Below, piece after piece: positions 1-11,600 of a stretch of 49,892 nucleotides of DNA (positions within the stretch are counted from its first letter, which is position 1; every line of letters begins with the position of its first letter). Both the position numbers and the translations under genes were made by a program. The notes beneath the pieces are model-generated. The model searched no databases and was not told the origin of the DNA. It saw only the letters and a list, made by a program, of their open reading frames with translations. The DNA is from an uncultured Patescibacteria group bacterium (GTDB lineage: Bacteria; Patescibacteriota; JACMRA01), in assembly GCA_938017575.1 (NCBI GenBank), contig CALIJC010000043.1:1-49892 (forward strand), written 5' to 3'.

Positions 1-1408
1 AAAGGCTTATGATGAAATTGATCAAAAAGATAAAATTACATTCAAAGATGTTGCTGGAAACGAAGAAGCTAAACAAGAGCTAACTGAAGTTGTTGATTTT
101 CTAAAGAGACCAGAAGAATATATTAAAATGGGAGCAAAAATTCCTAGAGGAGCGTTGTTGATTGGAGCCCCAGGAAATGGTAAAACACTCATGGCAAAAG
201 CTATTGCTGGTGAAGCTAATGTTCCATTTTTCTTTGTGTCAGGTTCAGAGTTTGTGGAAATGTTTGTTGGAGTTGGTGCAGGTAGGGTTCGTGATTTATT
301 CAAACGAGCTAAAAAGAAATCTCCATGTGTGATATTTATTGATGAGATTGATGCAGTAGGGCGACAAAGAGGAGCAGGTTTAGGTGGTGGTAATGACGAA
401 AGAGAGCAAACATTGAACCAAATTTTGGTGGAGATGGATGGTTTTGAAGCAAATACAAGTGTAATTGTCATTGGAGCTACAAATAGACCTGATGTTTTGG
501 ATCCAGCCTTACTACGACCTGGTAGGTTTGATAGGCAAATCACAGTAACTGCTCCTGACATGAAAGAGCGTGAGCAAATTTTGAAAGTTCATGTAAAAAA
601 CAAGAAACTAGATAAAAATGCCGATCTGGGAATTATTGCAAAACGAACAGCTGGGTTCTCTGGTGCGGATTTAGCTAATGTATTAAACGAGGCTGCTATA
701 TTGACAGTACGTGAAGGAAAAAAATCTATTGATAATGATGTTCTTAGAGAATCTGTTGAAAAAGTCGTATTAGGTCCATCACTGAAAACCAAGGTTATAA
801 CAGAGGAGCAAAAGAAATTAACTGCATATCACGAGGCTGGTCATGCTTTGGTTTCTACAGTTCTACCAGAGGCAAACACAGTTCAGAAAATTACAATTAT
901 TCCTCGTGGAAAAGCTGGTGGATATACTTTTTCAGATCAGGGTGATAACGATCCAATTACACGAACAAGAAGTCAGTTTATGGCTGATATAGCTGTTTTG
1001 TTTGGTGGGTATACTGTTGAGAAACATGTATTTGGAGAAATCTCAACTGGAGCTAGTAATGATTTAGCCAAAGCTACTGAAATAGCTAGAAACATGGTTA
1101 GTAAATATGGAATGAGTGATTTAGGTCCGATTTCATTTGATGATTCAAAAGGCCTTAGTTTCCTTGGTAAGGATATGGTTGAAGGAAAACAATACAGTGA
1201 GGAATCTGCAAAATCTATCGATGTAGAAATTCAAAAGATATTGAATGAAGGTTATAAATCTTGTCAGAATATTATTAAAAAATACAAGAAAGAACTCGAT
1301 GTAATTGCAAACACCTTGATTGAAAAGGAGGTTTTGGAATTTGAAGAATTTAATTCTATTACTAACCACATTAATCCGAAATATTCTAAATTATCATCTG
1401 CTAAATAG
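1..1408 (+). CDS. ftsH: ATP-dependent zinc metalloprotease FtsH (5'-truncated by window edge)
   Basis: Frame is open from nt 2 (…TFKDVAGNEEAKQEL…). Walker A GAPGNGKT, pore loop FVG, Walker B IFIDEID, SRH ATNRPDVLDPALLRPGRFDR, HEAGH zinc motif and GASND are present. Confidence 0.98.
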   Translation, partial: KAYDEIDQKDKITFKDVAGNEEAKQELTEVVDFLKRPEEYIKMGAKIPRGALLIGAPGNGKTLMAKAIAGEANVPFFFVSGSEFVEMFVGVGAGRVRDLFKRAKKKSPCVIFIDEIDAVGRQRGAGLGGGNDEREQTLNQILVEMDGFEANTSVIVIGATNRPDVLDPALLRPGRFDRQITVTAPDMKEREQILKVHVKNKKLDKNADLGIIAKRTAGFSGADLANVLNEAAILTVREGKKSIDNDVLRESVEKVVLGPSLKTKVITEEQKKLTAYHEAGHALVSTVLPEANTVQKITIIPRGKAGGYTFSDQGDNDPITRTRSQFMADIAVLFGGYTVEKHVFGEISTGASNDLAKATEIARNMVSKYGMSDLGPISFDDSKGLSFLGKDMVEGKQYSEESAKSIDVEIQKILNEGYKSCQNIIKKYKKELDVIANTLIEKEVLEFEEFNSITNHINPKYSKLSSAK

Positions 1409-1429
1409 ATAATTATTATCTAACAAATT

Positions 1430-1452
1430 AATCCACCTTCGGGTGGTTTTTT
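1430..1452 (+). terminator. Rho-independent terminator after ftsH
   Basis: CCACC-TTCG-GGTGG hairpin followed by a T-tract. Confidence 0.8.
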
Positions 1453-1515
1453 GACATATACTATTTTCTATGCTAATAGTTGGGAGGTTTGATGTTGAGC
1501 TAATGAGGTATAAAA

Positions 1516-2691
1516 GTGGTATTATCTAATAACACTTCTGGAGAAACTATTTATGAGCAATTTTTGCTTAATGGTAAGAGACTTCAAGCGCTAATTTTGC
1601 CAAAGAATGTATTGGGAGGTGACTCTCAAATTAAAACTGCGAGAGTATCTTATTCGACTATTTCTACCCAAGTTAATATCAGAGCCCGCCATGAAAACTC
1701 TTCCGAGGTTGAAGTTATTTATCCTAGTTTTGAAAAGCTTTCATACATAGGAGGTATCGGTTTAATTTATGACAGGTTAAGTTTTGAAGGTGAACACAAA
1801 ATTTTGGCTATATCGCAAAATTGTGCCCGGTTTGGTTATCGGGAAAAACCTGGTAAAAAATATAACTTGGATGAGATTGAGATAAATTACAAAATTTTAT
1901 TATATAAAATTTACTCTCAACAACCTAAGATAGTTCATTTACAGGAATGTTTGTACAATCCTGATTTTGTTCGTCAGCTTCGGTATTATGGATATTCAAT
2001 TGTTTATATACCAACTGTGTTTTTTTCTGATGATAAAAACAACTCGGTTGGAATTTTAACTGCTTATCGTGGTTGGCTGGAGGATATTGATGTTTCGGTA
2101 ATTTTTCATCCGCAGACTTCATACCCTGATTTAAAGAATAATCTAAAAGGGTATTCGATTGAGGATTTATCCTATTGGAGTATAGCAATAACTGAAAAAA
2201 AATCATCTATTTGTTGGGTAAATATTCATAATACCGCCTTTGGTAATCAAGTAGATAGATTTGCAACAATCTTTTCCATTATGGGGATTTGCTTTAAACA
2301 AGAAAAAAATGCTAACATATTAGGTGATATAAATTTATATGGTATAGATTCAACCCCTGGAATTTTACCACGATCGTTTAATTTTATTCCTTGTTTACTA
2401 TCGGTAATTAAAAATTCTCTTTTACAAAATGCAGGGAATCTAAATTATCCAAACGACTTGGAAATAGTTAAACTTCAATCAAGCCTGGCTAGGAAGAAGC
2501 TCGGTTTTAAATTCTATCACAATAACAAACCCTCATTTTATTATGAAATTGGTTTTATGGGGTGGGGATTTAAAGTTCCATGGCTACTAGATGGTTTGTT
2601 TAGTAATTATTTGAGCAATTTTAGTCTAACCCAAGAGTCATTAGGAGGTTGTTTTGATCACGACATGCTTGTGCTAAATCTAAACAATTAG
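1516..2691 (+). CDS. Divergent endonuclease/exonuclease/phosphatase (EEP) family protein with N-terminal extension
   Basis: EEP motifs in the expected order: SQN, HLQE, NIHN, LGDIN, LDG, FDH. GTG start is uncertain. Confidence 0.6.
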   Translation: MVLSNNTSGETIYEQFLLNGKRLQALILPKNVLGGDSQIKTARVSYSTISTQVNIRARHENSSEVEVIYPSFEKLSYIGGIGLIYDRLSFEGEHKILAISQNCARFGYREKPGKKYNLDEIEINYKILLYKIYSQQPKIVHLQECLYNPDFVRQLRYYGYSIVYIPTVFFSDDKNNSVGILTAYRGWLEDIDVSVIFHPQTSYPDLKNNLKGYSIEDLSYWSIAITEKKSSICWVNIHNTAFGNQVDRFATIFSIMGICFKQEKNANILGDINLYGIDSTPGILPRSFNFIPCLLSVIKNSLLQNAGNLNYPNDLEIVKLQSSLARKKLGFKFYHNNKPSFYYEIGFMGWGFKVPWLLDGLFSNYLSNFSLTQESLGGCFDHDMLVLNLNN

Positions 2692-2827
2692 TTAAATTGA
2701 TTTAGAAAACAAGGGTAAGTTCCTGCAATTCTATGTTGCAGGAACGTTTCTTTTAAAAAATTTTTGAAAAATATGACCCATTAAGGGTATTTTTTTACTG
2801 AGTTTCCGTAAACTAATGAAATTTTGA

Positions 2828-2869
2828 TTCTCAAGACTAATCAAACTTATTTCTCAAGACTAATCAAAC
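2828..2869. repeat. 19-bp perfect direct repeat x2 (TTCTCAAGACTAATCAAAC), period 23
   Basis: Copies at 2828-2846 and 2851-2869. Confidence 0.9.
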
Positions 2870-2907
2870 ATGTTCTTTGGACAATTGAAATTTTGATTTC
2901 AATTGTT

Positions 2908-2983
2908 TGGTGGACCCGGTGGGATTTGAACCCACGACCAGCGGATTAAGAGTCCGATGCTCTACCAACTGAGCTACGAATCC
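2908..2983 (-). tRNA. tRNA-Lys(CTT)
   Basis: Reverse complement folds as a cloverleaf: GGATTCG…anticodon loop CT-CTT-AA…GGTTCAAATCC…CGGGTCC-A-CCA. CCA is encoded. Confidence 0.96.
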
Positions 2984-3038
2984 AAGAATTATAGCTTATA
3001 AAACTACAATTTTCTAAATTAGTCAAGTGTATGAACTA

Positions 3039-4106
3039 CTATAAATCAAAATTTTCTTCTAATATTGATATTTGCTTATTGAGTTCTCTGTAACCCCATA
3101 CAACTTCTACTGCTTTATCTCTACTAACATCTCTGAATTCATCTGTTAATAAATCTTTATTCTCAAAACCTTGTTTTCGTTGTTCAATCAATTGTTCCAT
3201 CTTTTCAAAAATCAAAATATATGCTTTATGGCTTGGGACAAATCTGGTTGGAACAGTTGTGTTAATCATTTTGTCTTGAAGCTCTACATATTTTAGTCTG
3301 ATATTTTCTAATTCGTTTACATCTGTGATTTGATAGATTTCTGCAAAGTTAGATAGCTCATCCTGGTTTGTAAAATCATCTAGGATATCAATTCTGAGTC
3401 TAGTATAGTTCAAAAAGTTTTGCCTGTTGTCTTCCTGCTCTAGTACGCCGATTTCATCAATTTCACTTTGTAAATCAATTGATTTAGATAATATATACAA
3501 ACTTGGGAAATCTACACCTTCACGAGCAGCAATTTCAAAGGTGTCTTGGATATTATCCAAAATAGCAAAATCCTGTCTTTTAATTAGAAATTCTGGTTGT
3601 GCATCTAGAGATAGACCGGTAAGAGGGCTGATTCCTTCGGCAACATTTTCTCCATCATTTTTACCGAAGCAGGTTACATCGTCTACGTCTCCGTTACAAA
3701 GTGTGTCAGGGTTGATTGGGGAAGCTCCTTGGAAATATTCTTCTTTGTTAGTTAGACCATCTTTGTCAGGGTCTGCAGCTTCTCCTGATACCAATTGGTT
3801 TGCCAGTTCAGAGGTTTTAAAGAATTTTTTTTGCCATTCAACGGGATATACAGGCAAGTCCGTTAATTTGATTCTTTGTACTAGAATATCAGTAGGTTCA
3901 ACACCATTTTTGGCAGATACAGATAATTTTTCAATTAGTTCGCTTCTAGAAATATTAAAGTCATCGTTATTGTTTTCTGAATCAGATCTATCCGGAGAAA
4001 AAACAGATAGTGAGATAAAAATTATTCCGGCTAAGATTAATAGAGTTAGAAAAATTGCTATGTAGAGTTTATTTCTCTCAGTTAGATTTTTGGTTTTTTT
4101 AGCCAT
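3039..4106 (-). CDS. Membrane-anchored exported protein with a bacterial TSP3-like Ca2+-binding motif
   Basis: N-terminal TM helix, DPDKDGLTNKEEY…P.NPDT motif, helical C-terminal region. Confidence 0.65.
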   Translation of the reverse strand: MAKKTKNLTERNKLYIAIFLTLLILAGIIFISLSVFSPDRSDSENNNDDFNISRSELIEKLSVSAKNGVEPTDILVQRIKLTDLPVYPVEWQKKFFKTSELANQLVSGEAADPDKDGLTNKEEYFQGASPINPDTLCNGDVDDVTCFGKNDGENVAEGISPLTGLSLDAQPEFLIKRQDFAILDNIQDTFEIAAREGVDFPSLYILSKSIDLQSEIDEIGVLEQEDNRQNFLNYTRLRIDILDDFTNQDELSNFAEIYQITDVNELENIRLKYVELQDKMINTTVPTRFVPSHKAYILIFEKMEQLIEQRKQGFENKDLLTDEFRDVSRDKAVEVVWGYRELNKQISILEENFDL

Positions 4107-4256
4107 ATGATTAGTGTTAAAACGTTGGTCGAAATTTAAATAATATTTCTGGACTTGTCTAGTTTTTTGAGATTTTGATTATGTTATAATTACTGATCTT
4201 TGTATGTATTTATTATTTACTTTGACTGAATTGGAAAATTGTATTAAGAAGATATA

Positions 4257-4576
4257 GCTAGTTGTCTGGTAGCTGCAATTTATTTTGTAGAGGAAAGTCG
4301 GGGCACCCATCAATGATGAAGTAGGTGGCAGAATTTAAACTGCCGAGAGTAATCTTAGGGAGCCAGAGAAATTAGCCCTAGTGGTTTTTTTCATAGGCTG
4401 AAAAGTGCAACAGAAAATAAACAGCCTGCAAAGGCGATGGTCAAATGAAGATGAAATAATCTTCTGTGAAGACGGGCAACCGTCCACATGGCAAACCCCA
4501 CCTGGTGCAATGGCAAATTTGGTAGTCAGCTTAGATAAATTACCAGTTAAAACAGAACCCCGCTTACTAAATTAGC
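4257..4576 (+). ncRNA. rnpB: RNase P RNA
   Basis: GAGGAAAGTCGGGG at 4290 pairs with ACAGAACCCCGCTTA near 4552-4566 (P4, covarying). AGTGCAACAGAAA and GGCAAACCCC conserved regions are present; P1 is GCTAGTT/AATTAGC. Confidence 0.95.
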
Positions 4577-4601
4577 AAAACCGCTTCGGCGGTTATTTTT
4601 T
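4577..4601 (+). terminator. Terminator after rnpB (convergent with aqpZ)
   Basis: AACCGC-TTCG-GCGGTT hairpin plus a T-tract. Confidence 0.8.
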
Positions 4602-4654
4602 GGTGGAAAAAGAAAACCCACTGAGGGTTAATCTTGAGTTGATTTAGAGTTAAA

Positions 4655-5341
4655 TTATTCTTCTTCTGATTGTAGATACTTTGAAAATTTTCCGGCGCAT
4701 ATTGCTGCAATTATCGGAACTAATATAAATAGCCATAACTGAGAAATAAATGAACCACCTGCAAACAAAGCTTGGCTAATACTCCTAGCTGGATTTACTG
4801 AAGTATTTGTAACAGGAATACTGATTAGGTGAATTAGAGTAAGTGCCAGACCAATTGTTGCACCTGCAAATCCTTTTGGAGCCTTTTTGTTTAATACACC
4901 GATAATAATTGTTAAGAACATGAATGTCATTACAAATTCTGAGACAATTGCTGCCCAAACCCCATAATTTCCTGGAGAATTTTCACCAAATCCATTGGCT
5001 GCAAAACCAGCAATATCTGATCCGTTTCCTGTTGCAATTATGTATAGAATACCTGCTGCTGCAATTGCTCCAATAGTCTGAGCAATAATGTATGGCAAGA
5101 TTTCTTTGGCCTTGAATTTTCCATTAGCCCACAACCCGAAAGTAACTGCTGGGTTTAAATGAGCTCCTGAAATATGTCCTAATGAATAGGCTATTGTAAA
5201 AACTGTTAAACCAAAAGCTAATGAAACACCGAGGAGTCCAATACCTGAGCCCATAAAATTTGCAGCTAACACTGCGCTTCCACAACCTCCAAGAACTAAC
5301 CAAAAAGTTCCTAGAAATTCTGCTAATATTTTTTTTGTCAT
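4655..5341 (-). CDS. aqpZ: Aquaporin Z (MIP family)
   Basis: [18 protein letters not shown]-terminus, both NPA motifs (HLNPAV, SVNPARS), SIPVTNTS. Confidence 0.96.
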   Translation of the reverse strand: MTKKILAEFLGTFWLVLGGCGSAVLAANFMGSGIGLLGVSLAFGLTVFTIAYSLGHISGAHLNPAVTFGLWANGKFKAKEILPYIIAQTIGAIAAAGILYIIATGNGSDIAGFAANGFGENSPGNYGVWAAIVSEFVMTFMFLTIIIGVLNKKAPKGFAGATIGLALTLIHLISIPVTNTSVNPARSISQALFAGGSFISQLWLFILVPIIAAICAGKFSKYLQSEEE

Positions 5342-5696
5342 ATGATAAAATTTTTTTTGTAAAAAGAGGTAAAACTCTTAGTTTGAGTATATTAATATTT
5401 TTTTTCTGGTGTCAATAATATTGTTTTTTAATTAAAGTATTAATCGAATAATATTTAAAATTTTTAGACTAATCATTTTCTATGTTATTGGTTCGACTAA
5501 TTTTCACATTTTGTTAAAAAAGAATGAAAAAATTACTTCTTATTTTTTTTTAAAATTAGTTTGGAGATTTCTTTTTACCTATGATATGCTACACTAGGGG
5601 TATATATTATACGAATAGATATTAATTTTTTGTCTTGAAATTTCTTGACGAGGGTGTTTTTTAATTTAATAATATTGAGTATCAAATTGATGAATT

Positions 5697-8600
5697 ATGT
5701 TTTTAGGAAAATTTAAAAAAGCAAAAATTTTACTATTGGTTATTCCGATATTGCTTTCATTAGTTTTGAATTTTCCTCAATCAAGATTTAATTTTTCAAT
5801 TGACTCAAATGCAGAGGGTTCTAAAGAGTTAATGAGTAATGGAGGAAATAGACCACGAAAATATGCTAGTAGCCCCGTAAAGGTGTATGTAGAGGTAGGA
5901 GAAACAATATATTTAGGATCAAATACAGGTGCAATAAATTATTCTGCTCCGGATGGGACTGCTGGTAACTGTACAATTACCAATAATTTAACAAATGCGG
6001 CTCAAGAAAATGCAGGACCTCTTCCAAATGCTGGAGGTTATAATCCATGTACGGTTACTGTTGCACCTGGTCAAGAGGGTGTATGGTATATTGATTTTGC
6101 ATCAAATTCTGTACAATATTGGGATGTTACAGTAAGAGACTCTGGCGGTACAACTATTCCAGGTCGAGCATATATGAATAGATTTGTTGGAAACCTTGCA
6201 GGCTTTTCTCGAAATCTAAACTCAACATTTTATGTTCAAACAAATGATTGTTATACATATCAGGTTAATATGAATGGACTAGATCCATATGTTTTTCAGT
6301 TTTATTCTAATAATAAAGGGATTAGGGATGGTTTAGGTAATCCAACATATCAGTCAGGTAACTCTAATACAGGGGTTCACAATCCAGAAGCTCCAGATAC
6401 CGCTACAGATATAACTCATAAATTATTCTTAACACCACCTGATCCAAATATGCCAGCCACTGCTCCAATAGCAGATACAGAAGGTGAGACATGGTTATAC
6501 TGCGATCCAGTGATTCCTTCTATAACTAATGTTGAATTTTTTGGAATTGAAGGAACCCAAGATCAGATGGGGACCAATCCTCTTGGTGGAACAATTTCTT
6601 TTGATTCAAATACTCCTGGATTGTTATCGACTGTTACATTAGATTTAAATAACGATGGAATTTTGGGTAATGGTAATGATAGGACTTTGACTGTGACTTC
6701 TGTTGCGGGAACAAATTCGATTTTTTGGGATGGTCTTGATGGTCTCGGTGTTCCAGTAAATGCTGCTAGTGGTGTTAGTTACAATCTACCTTTGAATCTT
6801 GCTTTTAATGGTGGTGAAGTTCATTTCCCAATTTGGGATGCTGAAGGTAGTGGGGGGTTGCAAATCACTCGTTTGAATGGTCCAGGGGCACCTGATTCAA
6901 CGGTTTATTGGGATGATACTAATATTGGAATTGCCAATTTTAATGATGATGGTGTTGCTTCAACTCCTGTGGGTTCTGAGCCGAATGATGGAGCTGGTGG
7001 TAATGATCCGCAACTACCATCTAAATCTGTGGCTGGTGGTGCAGATTCTACAGTAGCTGGAACTCATGCTTGGGGGAAAAATGGTGCAAATTATGATGGT
7101 GATGGGGATACATTTGGTAATAGAAGATTAATAGATACATGGGCATTTGTAGAAATTCCTCCTGTTGATCAAACTCTTACATTTGATATTGTTGAAACTG
7201 ATTTAGAAATTGTATCAAAAACAATTGACCCTGACACAATTTTTGAAGTTGGGGCAACAACGAATTTTGAAATCGTAGTTCGAAATAATGGAGCTAGTGA
7301 TTCTGTTGGTGCGAAGATTTTAGATTCTATACCTGCAGAATTTACAAATTTATCACTTGGATCCTGTACATCCACAGGAGGAGCTGTTTGTGTGAGTGAT
7401 AGTTTTTCTGGAAGTGATTTTGAAGCGGTGGCTGATATTCCAAGTGGTGATCAAGTTACTTATATTATTAACGCTGAAATCGGATCTTTGCCTGCTAATG
7501 ATATGCTAATGAATACAGCTTATGCTTTGCGTTCTGCTGACTCGACAGATCCAGATGCGACTAATCCTGACAGCGCTCCTCCTGTAGATCCTCAGGCAGA
7601 ATGTGATGCAGCTGGGGCATCAGCTACTTGTAATAATAAAAAGACTGCTGTACTCAAACCTGACCCAGAAATTGGAATAGCCAAAGAAATTTCTTCTTTT
7701 AATGTAAATGCAGATGGAACAGTAACTGCTACGTATGATATAATTGTAGAGAATACAGGGAATATTACCTTGAATGATGTAAATATTGATGAAAATTTGA
7801 ATAATACTTTTTCTGGGGCTAGCTATGTTGTTGATTCATACTCTTCACCTGATTTTACTGTAAATCCAGGATTTAATGGTGGTGGTAATACTACTTTACT
7901 AGACACAGGTCAATCCCTAGATGTTGGGGATAGTGGTTTAGTTCAGGTAACGGTGACTGTAACTCCAGCAACACCTGCAGGTAATTATGATAACTCTGCA
8001 ACAGCTTTCGCTTCAACTCCAGGTGGAAGTGGTGTAAAAGACGCCAGTCAAAATGGTAATGATGTAGATCCTGATAGTGATCCAAATGAGGATCCGACAG
8101 ACAACAATGATCCAACACCTTTTCCGGATTTTGTAAATCTTAATGACTCTAAAAAGGGAGTTACAGATTTAAATGGTGGTAGCACTGAACCAGGAGATGT
8201 TCTAGAGTACACAATTGTGATCACAAATCAAGGTAATGTGACCGCAACTGGTGTAGATGTTGGGGATATAATTGATACTGACACTGTTTTAGACACTTCT
8301 TCGGTGAATTTGGCTAATTGTGGAACTTCTTTTGTTGATTCATCTACAATAACTGAACTTAATTTATCAGATGTGGAAATTTTGGTTGGAACTGATTGTG
8401 AAATTACTTTTAATGTTACTATTAACGATCCAACGGATCAAGGAACTTTGATTGAAAATTCTGCTAGAATTAGACCTACTGATCAACCTGGTAACGGAGT
8501 TGTTGTCGACTCTCCAGATTTGGTGGTGGATGGGACTCCAGATTTATCAACTTCTACTAAATCATACACTGATTTAAATGGTGGTGATGTTGAACCTGAT

Positions 8601-11600
8601 GATGAAATTGAATACACACTCACCTTAATTAACTCTGGTAATGCTCTTGGAACTGGAATAGATGTTTTTGACACTATTGATCCTAACACAAATACCCTTG
8701 CTAATATTACCTTATCAAATTGTGGTGCTGGATTTACAGACTCTTCAACTGGAACTGATCTTGATATTACTGATCTTGAGGTTGCTGTTGGAACAGATTG
8801 TATTATTACATATTCAGTACTTGTAAATAACCCATTACCTCCTGGAACTATTCTGAGCAATGATGTTTTAATAGGTGGTGCAGATGAGGGTGGCTCTGGC
8901 GCTTTTCCAGCTACTAATACCGATCCTGTTTCTTCTACGCCAGATTTATCCGGAGCTTCTAAATCTGCTGTTGATCTTGATGGAGGTACAACTCAGCCTG
9001 GTGATAGAATCGAATTTACTATTACTATTCCAAACTCTGGAAATTCTAATGCAACTGGTGTGCGTATCGAAGATATTGTCGATTCGGTATTTATAGTTGA
9101 TCAATCATCTTTGAGTGTGGTTTCAGGTTGTGGGGCAGGTTTTGATTCTTCTGCTAGTAGTGGAAATACTATTGAAATAGATGATTTAGAAATTGATACT
9201 ACTAATCCATGTATAATTACTTTTGAGGTAAATATTGCAACACCTTTAGATGAAGGAACTTTACTTGATAATGTAGTTACAGTTTTTCCTGCTGATGAGG
9301 GTGGAAATGGTTCTGTTCCTGCGGCTATTCCTACTTTGATTGTTGATGCTACTCCAGATTTATCAACAAGTACCAAAGATGTCGTTGATCTCAATGGAGG
9401 AACAGTTGAACCTGGTGATGATTTAAGATATACTATTAATGTTATTAATACAGGTGATGGAAATGCTACTGGAGTTGACCTGGATGATGTTATAGATATC
9501 AATACTGAGAATATTACAAATTTTTCATTTACAGATTGTGGTGGAAGTTTTGTGAATAATTCAACTTCTACTCTTGTTGACATACTCTCTCTTGAGATTT
9601 CTACTACTGATCCTTGTGTTATTACATACGATGTTTCAGTAAAATCTCCTGTTGACGAAGGCACGGTAATTACAAATCAAGTTGATATAGAACCTTCTGA
9701 TGAAGGTGGTGTAGGTGGAGACCCTTCTTCTCCAGATTTAACAGTTGACGCTACTCCAGATTTATCAAGCAGCACCAAAGATGTTGTAGATTTAAACGGT
9801 GGGACGGTAGAGCCGGGTGATGTTTTACAATATGATATTAGAATAAATAATACTGGAAATGGAAGTGCTTCTGGGGTAGATGTGTTAGACGTTATTGATA
9901 CAAACACGACTTTAACGACGGCGTCAATTATTATAACCAATTGTGGAACTTCTTTTGTTGATTCATCTACAACAACTCAACTGGATATTTCTGATTTGGA
10001 AATTGCACCAAGCACAACTTGTAGAATAATTTTTAGTGTTGTTATTAATACGCCGGTTAATGAAGGAATCTTGATTACAAATACAGCAACTGTTTCACCA
10101 GCTGATGAAGGTGGTTCAGGTTCAACACCCTCTTCTCCTGATCAAACTATCGATGCGACACCTAATTTGATTGTTGATAAATATCACGATAAGCCAACAA
10201 ATATTGTGACACCAGGGGAGACAATCACATATACAATTGAGATTGAAAATGATGGGAATGGTGCGGGAACAACTTCATTTACGGATACTATTTCAAGCTT
10301 TGTAGGTGCTCCATCAAATTTTGTGTATACTAATTGTGGGGGTTCAGAATCAGATTCTTTTGCTGACCCTACATTATCTATTTCTAATTTGGTAATTCAG
10401 GCTGGTACGATTTGTGAAGTGTCTTATGACGTTGTGGCCGACTCTCCACTTAATAGTGGTACAGTAATTAGTAACAGCGCTGATGCTGCGCCTGCTAGTG
10501 AAGGTGGGAATGACCCAGCTAGCGAAAGTTCAGATGACATCAGTGTTGATGCTACTCCAAACTTATCCACTAGTACAAAAACTGTTTCAGATTTAAATGG
10601 TGGCACTGTAGAGCCAGGTGATACTTTGGAATATACTATAACAATGATAAATACCGGTGACGGTTTAGGCACAACTGGTTTAACTGATGAAATTGATCCT
10701 TCATTAACTTTAGATGTTGCCTCAATTACAGAAAATAACTGTGGTGCGATTTTCACAAACACTTCTGATTCAGATACTGTTTCATATACTTTCTTAGAGG
10801 TTGCTGTTGGCACAAACTGTGTAATAATTTTTGAAGCTGAGGTTATTAGTCCTGTAAATGAAGGGGTATTGATTGGTAATACAGCTGTGATTCCGACCAC
10901 TGAAGAGGGTGGACCTGGAGGTAGTCCAAGTGCTCCAGATGTATCTGTAGATGCAACACCTGATTTGTCGATTTCAAAAGACGAAAATGATGCTGATGAT
11001 ATTGTTACCCCAGGTCAAGTTATTACCTATCAAGTAAGTTTAGAAAACAATGGAAATGGACAGGCGACTGGTGTTGATTTGACTGACACAGTTGTTGGTA
11101 ATGTTTCCCTAGTGAATAACTTTACATTTACTGATTGTGGTACAAATTACGTTGATAGCTCAAGTGGACTAAATATATCTATCACTGATTTGGAGATTGA
11201 CCCAGGATCGACTTGTATTGTCACTTATGATATTACGGTAGCAACTCCTAATGTAGAAGGAGACACTATAAATAACTCTGCAGATGCTGGCCCCGCTGAC
11301 GAAGGAGGAAACGATCCAGCGGCGGATAGTGCAGACGAATTGACAACGGATGTAACTCCTGATTTAAGCACCAGTACAAAAGTCGCTGTCGATACAAATG
11401 GTGGAACGCTGGAGCCTGGCGATACTATTGATTATACAATTACAATAATTAACACCGGAGATGGAACTGGAACAACAAATATTACCGATGTGATTCAAGC
11501 TGAGACTGATATTGATTTAGCTTCACTAAGTATTACTGGTTGTGGGACAGGCTTTACTGATAATACCGACAGCACTCAAGTGCAAATTGATGACCTTGAA

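Noticed and set aside
2828-2869. Possible mini-CRISPR array
   Set aside because: Only two repeats with a 4-nt gap, and no cas genes.
3427-4065. 212-aa plus-strand ORF
   Set aside because: Antisense shadow of 3039-4106, which has a TM anchor and a recognisable motif.
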